Assembly: GCA_965261395.1 (NCBI GenBank) | Contig: OZ253462.1 | Coordinates: 2,816,001-2,880,000, forward strand | Direction of reading: 5' to 3' | Source: Candidatus Latescibacterota bacterium | GTDB taxonomy: Bacteria > Latescibacterota > UBA2968 > UBA8231 | DNA: 64,000 nucleotides | Shown: positions 59,897 to 64,000 of the stretch, in pieces | Layout of the letters: each line of letters opens with the position of its first letter | Position numbering within the stretch: position 1 is the first letter of the stretch | Made by a program: the position numbers and the translations under genes | The notes under the pieces: model-generated | Database searches by the model: none | The model's input: the letters and a program-made list of their open reading frames with translations, nothing else | Told to the model about the DNA's origin: nothing

Positions 59897-60715
59897 CTAT
59901 TCCTGGAGCGTCTGGACAATGCGGAATCCGAGGTTGTTGTTGCGGAAATACGTGGCGTACCAGAAGCGGTTGGCCGAGCGGACGTAACTCGGCTTGCCGT
60001 ACCAGGAGCCGCCGCGTATCGCACGACGAACACAATCTCCTTCCTCCCAAACCTGCCCGTCGCTCGGTGCGCCAGCGTAACTGACATGCCAGCAGTCCTG
60101 CACCCATTCCCGGACGTTCCCCGACATGTCGAATAAGCCCAACTCATTCGCTTGCTTTTGTCCCACCGGATGCGTTCTGTTGTCGGTGTTCTCGTAGTAC
60201 CAAGCGACCACGGCCCAGTCGTTGCTCCCCGCATACTGGAATCCCTGGCTTTGCTGCCCGCCCCGCGACGCATATTCCCACTCCGCTTCGCTCGGCAGCC
60301 GATACTGTCCACTCCCCGCATTTAGTTTGCCGAGAAACGCTTGAATGTCATCCCAACTGACCGTTTCAACCGGACACTGAGGGCAATCCGCAAACGCACT
60401 CGGGTTCTCACCCATGACCGCTGCCCACAGCTCCTGAGTGATCTCATACTTGCTGATCTCGAAGCTGCCGATTTGCACGAGGTGCGTCGGCTTTTCGTCG
60501 TCAGCGCAATTCTCCTGCTCCGGCGTACATCCCATGGTGAACGACCCGCCCTCGACGCGCATCATCTGCGCGTTTACCATCCGCAGTGCCTTTTGCCGGT
60601 CTCCGCTCTCCATGGCCTTGGTCGCCTTGTCGGCGAGCGTGTCGGGCGGCGGATCTTGCGCCACGGCCGGGCCGGATAGAAAAAGGACGAGTAGAAAAGT
60701 CAGGATTGTCTTCAT
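59897..60715 (-). CDS. Secreted formylglycine-generating enzyme (SUMF1/FGE-sulfatase) domain protein
   Basis: Signal peptide MKTILTFLL; YRLPSEAEWEY, NELGLFDMSGNVREW, RGGSW, GFR. Confidence 0.9.
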   Translation of the reverse strand: MKTILTFLLVLFLSGPAVAQDPPPDTLADKATKAMESGDRQKALRMVNAQMMRVEGGSFTMGCTPEQENCADDEKPTHLVQIGSFEISKYEITQELWAAVMGENPSAFADCPQCPVETVSWDDIQAFLGKLNAGSGQYRLPSEAEWEYASRGGQQSQGFQYAGSNDWAVVAWYYENTDNRTHPVGQKQANELGLFDMSGNVREWVQDCWHVSYAGAPSDGQVWEEGDCVRRAIRGGSWYGKPSYVRSANRFWYATYFRNNNLGFRIVQTLQE

Positions 60716-60735
60716 TGGTATTGACTCCATTGTTG

Positions 60736-62934
60736 TTATTGCTCCGCTCCCGATTCGGTTTGGAAACGCCCGGCGAGGAGGTATCGATACAGCTTGAGGG
60801 TAAGCTGCTGTTCGTTCTCCTCCAGCTTGCCCCGGGCGACCGGCGTCAGCACCATCGTTCGGCAGGGTTCGTCCGCAATCACGGAGGTTGCCTTCTGCTC
60901 CGACGCGCTCGCCGGCCATATCGAATCGCCCGGGCCGCACTGAAAAAGGCGAGCACCCGCCGAATCGTACCCGGAAGCTCGGCCAGAGAGCAGCAGTTGC
61001 AGACCGGCCTGTGGAGCGTCCTGTCCCACGAGGGCCTCGCCGGCGGAGTACTGGCGAGGACTCAGCCACCATTGCAGTTCCTCCATCAGGTTTTCGAAAT
61101 CGATCTGCCGTTCCAAGTAGCGCTCGAGGTCATCGGCGGTGTGCTCCAGCAGCGAGGCGCGCCGCTCGTCTGCCCTGTCCACGTCCGCCTTCCACCCCGC
61201 AATGACGATCTCCTCACAGTGCTCAAGGGCGTGGTCCACATCCGGCTCCATCAGCAACTCGGCATATACGGCAGGCGGCAGGTTGTGCTCAAGCCCGGCC
61301 CTCAACCCCTCGGACAATGCGCTCAAAACCACCCGCACGCCGGCCGCGTTCGACGTCTGCAGAAACCTGCTCAGGACGTTCACTGCCGAGAAGTCGAAGC
61401 CGGAAACGGCGGCAAAGTCTAGCAACAGGCAGAGGGGACGCGAAGCGCCACTCAGAGACTGCCTGAGATGATCGGCGAGGGGGGACACGCTGCCGAAAAA
61501 GAGGTAGCCGCGCAGCCGGTATACCTGGACCCGCTCTCCCTCCTTCAGCAGGATGGCGCGATCGGGGACTGGACGGTCCTTGTTGCTCTCGCGCTCGCGC
61601 GCGGTAAATTGCGATTCGATTGGATCCACGCGGCTGAGGCGCACGGCGAAGAACACGAGGGTGGCGAGCATCCCGACGCCCACGCCTTCAATCAGTCCGA
61701 AGGACGTGATCACAATGAAGATCAGCAGAATGATGCCGTACTCCGACCGGGGGAGCCGCCTGCGGCTTTTCACGAGACCTTCGTCCAACATGCCGAGGCC
61801 GGCAAAGACCAGTACGCCTCCTACGAGCAGCGACGGGACGAGTTCCAGCATTCCGTCGCCGAGGAACAACGCGCCCCCGATGACGAGGGCGGCGACTACC
61901 CCGGTCAATCTTGCTGTGGCCCCGAACAGCTTGCTGCGCAGGGACGCCGGCACGACAAGGGTCGCTACCGTGCCACCGCCCAAACCAGCGATCACGCTGG
62001 CGACTCCCGTTACCCTGAACTCTCGGTCCCAGTCCAACTCCTGATTCGCAGCCAACTCAAGGCCAGCGAAATTCATGATCACGCTGATGAAAGCGACCAG
62101 AATCAGCGTCAGCATGTGGGGGACCTGAGCGGCCATCGCGGCCCATTCGACATGCAGCAGGTCGGCAGGAAGCAGGGCCGGCCACAGGCTCCCATCCGCC
62201 GTGCTCGTCAGTAGCAGGCCCTCCGCCCTAGCCTCTGCACCCGAAATGCCGAGGGCGGCGAGCGCGAGATGATACCCACCACCAGCAAGTGCGACGCTTA
62301 CCAGCAGAATCAGCGGGTTGCCCCAGCGTTTCATCGCGAGGTACAGGGCGATCCCATACACCGCGCCCGGGCTCCACTTCCACAAAACGGAAGGCTCCAG
62401 AAGTGCGGGAATCGCCCGCCAATCCGGTTTGGCTCCCATCAGCGACATGGCCGCCAAACACACGGCTCCCCCGATTCCAGCTACGAATCCACCCGTCACC
62501 GGATAGGGGATGAAGCGCATTAGATTGGCGAGTCGGAAACGCCCGATCATGAGACAGCACACGCCAGTGGCCACCGCGCTGATCATGAGCGCGGCCGCCG
62601 TGGTGACGAACAGCGCGTCGCCTGCGGCATCCATCGTGGATCCGATCGTGGCCATCACGATCACCAGCGCGGGAGATAGCCCCGCAATCGCTCCTCGATA
62701 GCCGCCCGCGAGAGCGATGACTAGGCACGCCGCGAAGTTGCCGAACAGCACTAGGCCGACGCCCTGGGAGGAATAGGGAGCCAACGGTCCCGAGAATATG
62801 AAACTCCCGAAGGCAACTTGGGCGACGAGCAGACCTAGGCCCGAGGTGAAGCCGGCTGACAGCGCTGGAACGGCCTTCGCGGACAGGAGGTCCGCGCGAA
62901 GTTCGGACGTAAGATTTTGGAGTAGGGATCTCAC
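60736..62934 (-). CDS. SulP family anion transporter with STAS and cNMP-binding domains
   Basis: MRFIPYPV.GGF.AGIG; LRGYLFFGS, DF..V...DFSA; C-terminal cNMP-like domain. Confidence 0.88.
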   Translation of the reverse strand: MRSLLQNLTSELRADLLSAKAVPALSAGFTSGLGLLVAQVAFGSFIFSGPLAPYSSQGVGLVLFGNFAACLVIALAGGYRGAIAGLSPALVIVMATIGSTMDAAGDALFVTTAAALMISAVATGVCCLMIGRFRLANLMRFIPYPVTGGFVAGIGGAVCLAAMSLMGAKPDWRAIPALLEPSVLWKWSPGAVYGIALYLAMKRWGNPLILLVSVALAGGGYHLALAALGISGAEARAEGLLLTSTADGSLWPALLPADLLHVEWAAMAAQVPHMLTLILVAFISVIMNFAGLELAANQELDWDREFRVTGVASVIAGLGGGTVATLVVPASLRSKLFGATARLTGVVAALVIGGALFLGDGMLELVPSLLVGGVLVFAGLGMLDEGLVKSRRRLPRSEYGIILLIFIVITSFGLIEGVGVGMLATLVFFAVRLSRVDPIESQFTARERESNKDRPVPDRAILLKEGERVQVYRLRGYLFFGSVSPLADHLRQSLSGASRPLCLLLDFAAVSGFDFSAVNVLSRFLQTSNAAGVRVVLSALSEGLRAGLEHNLPPAVYAELLMEPDVDHALEHCEEIVIAGWKADVDRADERRASLLEHTADDLERYLERQIDFENLMEELQWWLSPRQYSAGEALVGQDAPQAGLQLLLSGRASGYDSAGARLFQCGPGDSIWPASASEQKATSVIADEPCRTMVLTPVARGKLEENEQQLTLKLYRYLLAGRFQTESGAEQ

Positions 62935-63180
62935 TTTGCTAGGTCGGAGAAACTGATCTGATGCACCGCGATTACCTTCCCTTTTTGTTTTTTATATCAA
63001 TCAGGTGCCGCCAAGGAAAAAGCTTGTCAGGATTAGTAAAATAAAGACCCTTTTTTAGCTTCTCTGTCAAGGCGATGGACTGTTCGCACAGTCGTCCCAC
63101 CTTGCCCCATCCCAACGGCTTAGCTATTCTCATCTCCTCCCCGCTCGTCTTCGCCATACACTGCTTCAGGAAATTGGGCC

Positions 63181-64000
63181 TTGATCAGCGACGCCGAGAG
63201 CATCGCCGAGCACATCCGCTTTCTCAAACGCCGCATCTTGGGCAACGAGGTCGTCCATCACCAGACCTTGCCGGCGCGCCCGGCGCGCCTAGTCCGCGAC
63301 TTGGCTGGCCTGCCTCCGGCTATGGCCCGCATCCTCGAAATCGCCCGCATCCCCGCGCTCTATACGCACCAAGCCGAGGGCATCCAAAAAGTGCTGGAAG
63401 GCCAGCACGTGGCCATTGCCACGCCCACGGCCTCGGGCAAGACCTTGGTGTACAACGCGCCCGTGCTGGCCACGCTGCTCGACGACCCGGAGGCACACGC
63501 GCTCTACATCTTCCCGCTCAAGGCCCTGGAGCAGGATCAGTTCGACGAGCTAAGCGGTCTGATGCAGGGTTTGGGAAGCGGGCTGAACGCGGCCATTTAC
63601 GACGGCGACACTACGGGCCATCGCCGCCGGCAAATTCGCACCAAGCCGCCGCACGTGCTCTTCACCACGCCGGACATGCTGCACTCGGGCATCTTGGCCT
63701 TCCACGAGGCTTGGGCCGGCTTCTTCGCCCGCCTGCGCTACGTGGTCATCGACGAGCTGCACGCATACAGCGGCGTCTTTGGCACCCACGTGCTGCACCT
63801 TTTTCGCCGCTTGAATCGCATCTGCGCGCACTACGGGTCCGAGCCGGTGTACATCACCAGCTCGGCGACGATGGGCACCCCCGCGAGCTGGCGGGCGAGC
63901 TGCTCAACCGCTCCTTTTATGCGATTGAGGACCATGGCGCTCCGGCCGCGGCGCGCCACTTCGTGTTTGTCAACCCGAGCGAAAGCCCCAACACCCTCGC
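63181..64000 (+). CDS. DEAD/DEAH box helicase, MrfA/Hrq1 (DUF1998)-type, partial; 1-nt slip near 63877
   Basis: Not in the ORF track. Manual translation gives LYTHQAE, TPTASGKT, FPLKAL.QDQ, YDGDT, VIDELH.Y.GVFG, SSATMG. Confidence 0.85.
   Translation, partial: MISDAESIAEHIRFLKRRILGNEVVHHQTLPARPARLVRDLAGLPPAMARILEIARIPALYTHQAEGIQKVLEGQHVAIATPTASGKTLVYNAPVLATLLDDPEAHALYIFPLKALEQDQFDELSGLMQGLGSGLNAAIYDGDTTGHRRRQIRTKPPHVLFTTPDMLHSGILAFHEAWAGFFARLRYVVIDELHAYSGVFGTHVLHLFRRLNRICAHYGSEPVYITSSATMGTPASWRASCSTAPFMRLRTMALRPRRATSCLSTRAKAPTPS

Noticed and set aside
60716-61072. N-terminal extension of the FGE ORF
   Set aside because: It overlaps sulP; the signal peptide indicates a start at 60715 or 60730.
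1-64000. CRISPR array, tRNA or rRNA genes
   Set aside because: No regularly spaced repeats or recognisable structural RNA seen by eye; a covariance search was not possible.
63181-64000. Helicase as DISARM DrmA or part of a defence island
   Set aside because: Backbone-like GC and MrfA/Hrq1-type motifs suggest a housekeeping repair helicase; its context is cut off.

Overview
Bacterial chromosomal DNA with a high-GC backbone and several lower-GC inserts. The gene content points (inference) to a Candidatus Latescibacterota/Poribacteria-like, probably marine or sponge-associated organism: FlgD-Ig C-terminal secreted proteins, an 'AVE..SWGRIK' C-terminal tag, DUF6785, three phytanoyl-CoA dioxygenases, a sulfatase, and Kelch and ankyrin proteins. 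Metabolic and transport genes are interleaved with four accessory blocks. (1) 1-7.6 kb: a translationally coupled three-gene candidate defence operon made of a HamA-like PD-(D/E)xK nuclease, a SNF2/RapA-type helicase with a HamB-like N-terminal helical domain, and a sacsin-type GHKL ATPase with a C-terminal HNH-like domain that runs off the window. (2) 10.5-20.1 kb: a decaying type I R-M locus carrying yhcG, an AlbA_2 gene split by vapBC, and an orphan HIRAN gene. (3) 46.8-50 kb: two attC-like sites around a Zn-finger/ankyrin gene, with no integrase in the window. (4) 53.2-59.9 kb: three nuclease/defence modules (REase-HEPN, AlbA_2, XamI-like R-M) stacked inside a HAD-ilvD operon and separated by partial copies of those host genes, which differ mostly at synonymous sites. 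Microhomology deletions and three single-base frameshifts are present. I saw no rRNA, tRNA or CRISPR array. All family assignments come from motif recognition, not database searches.
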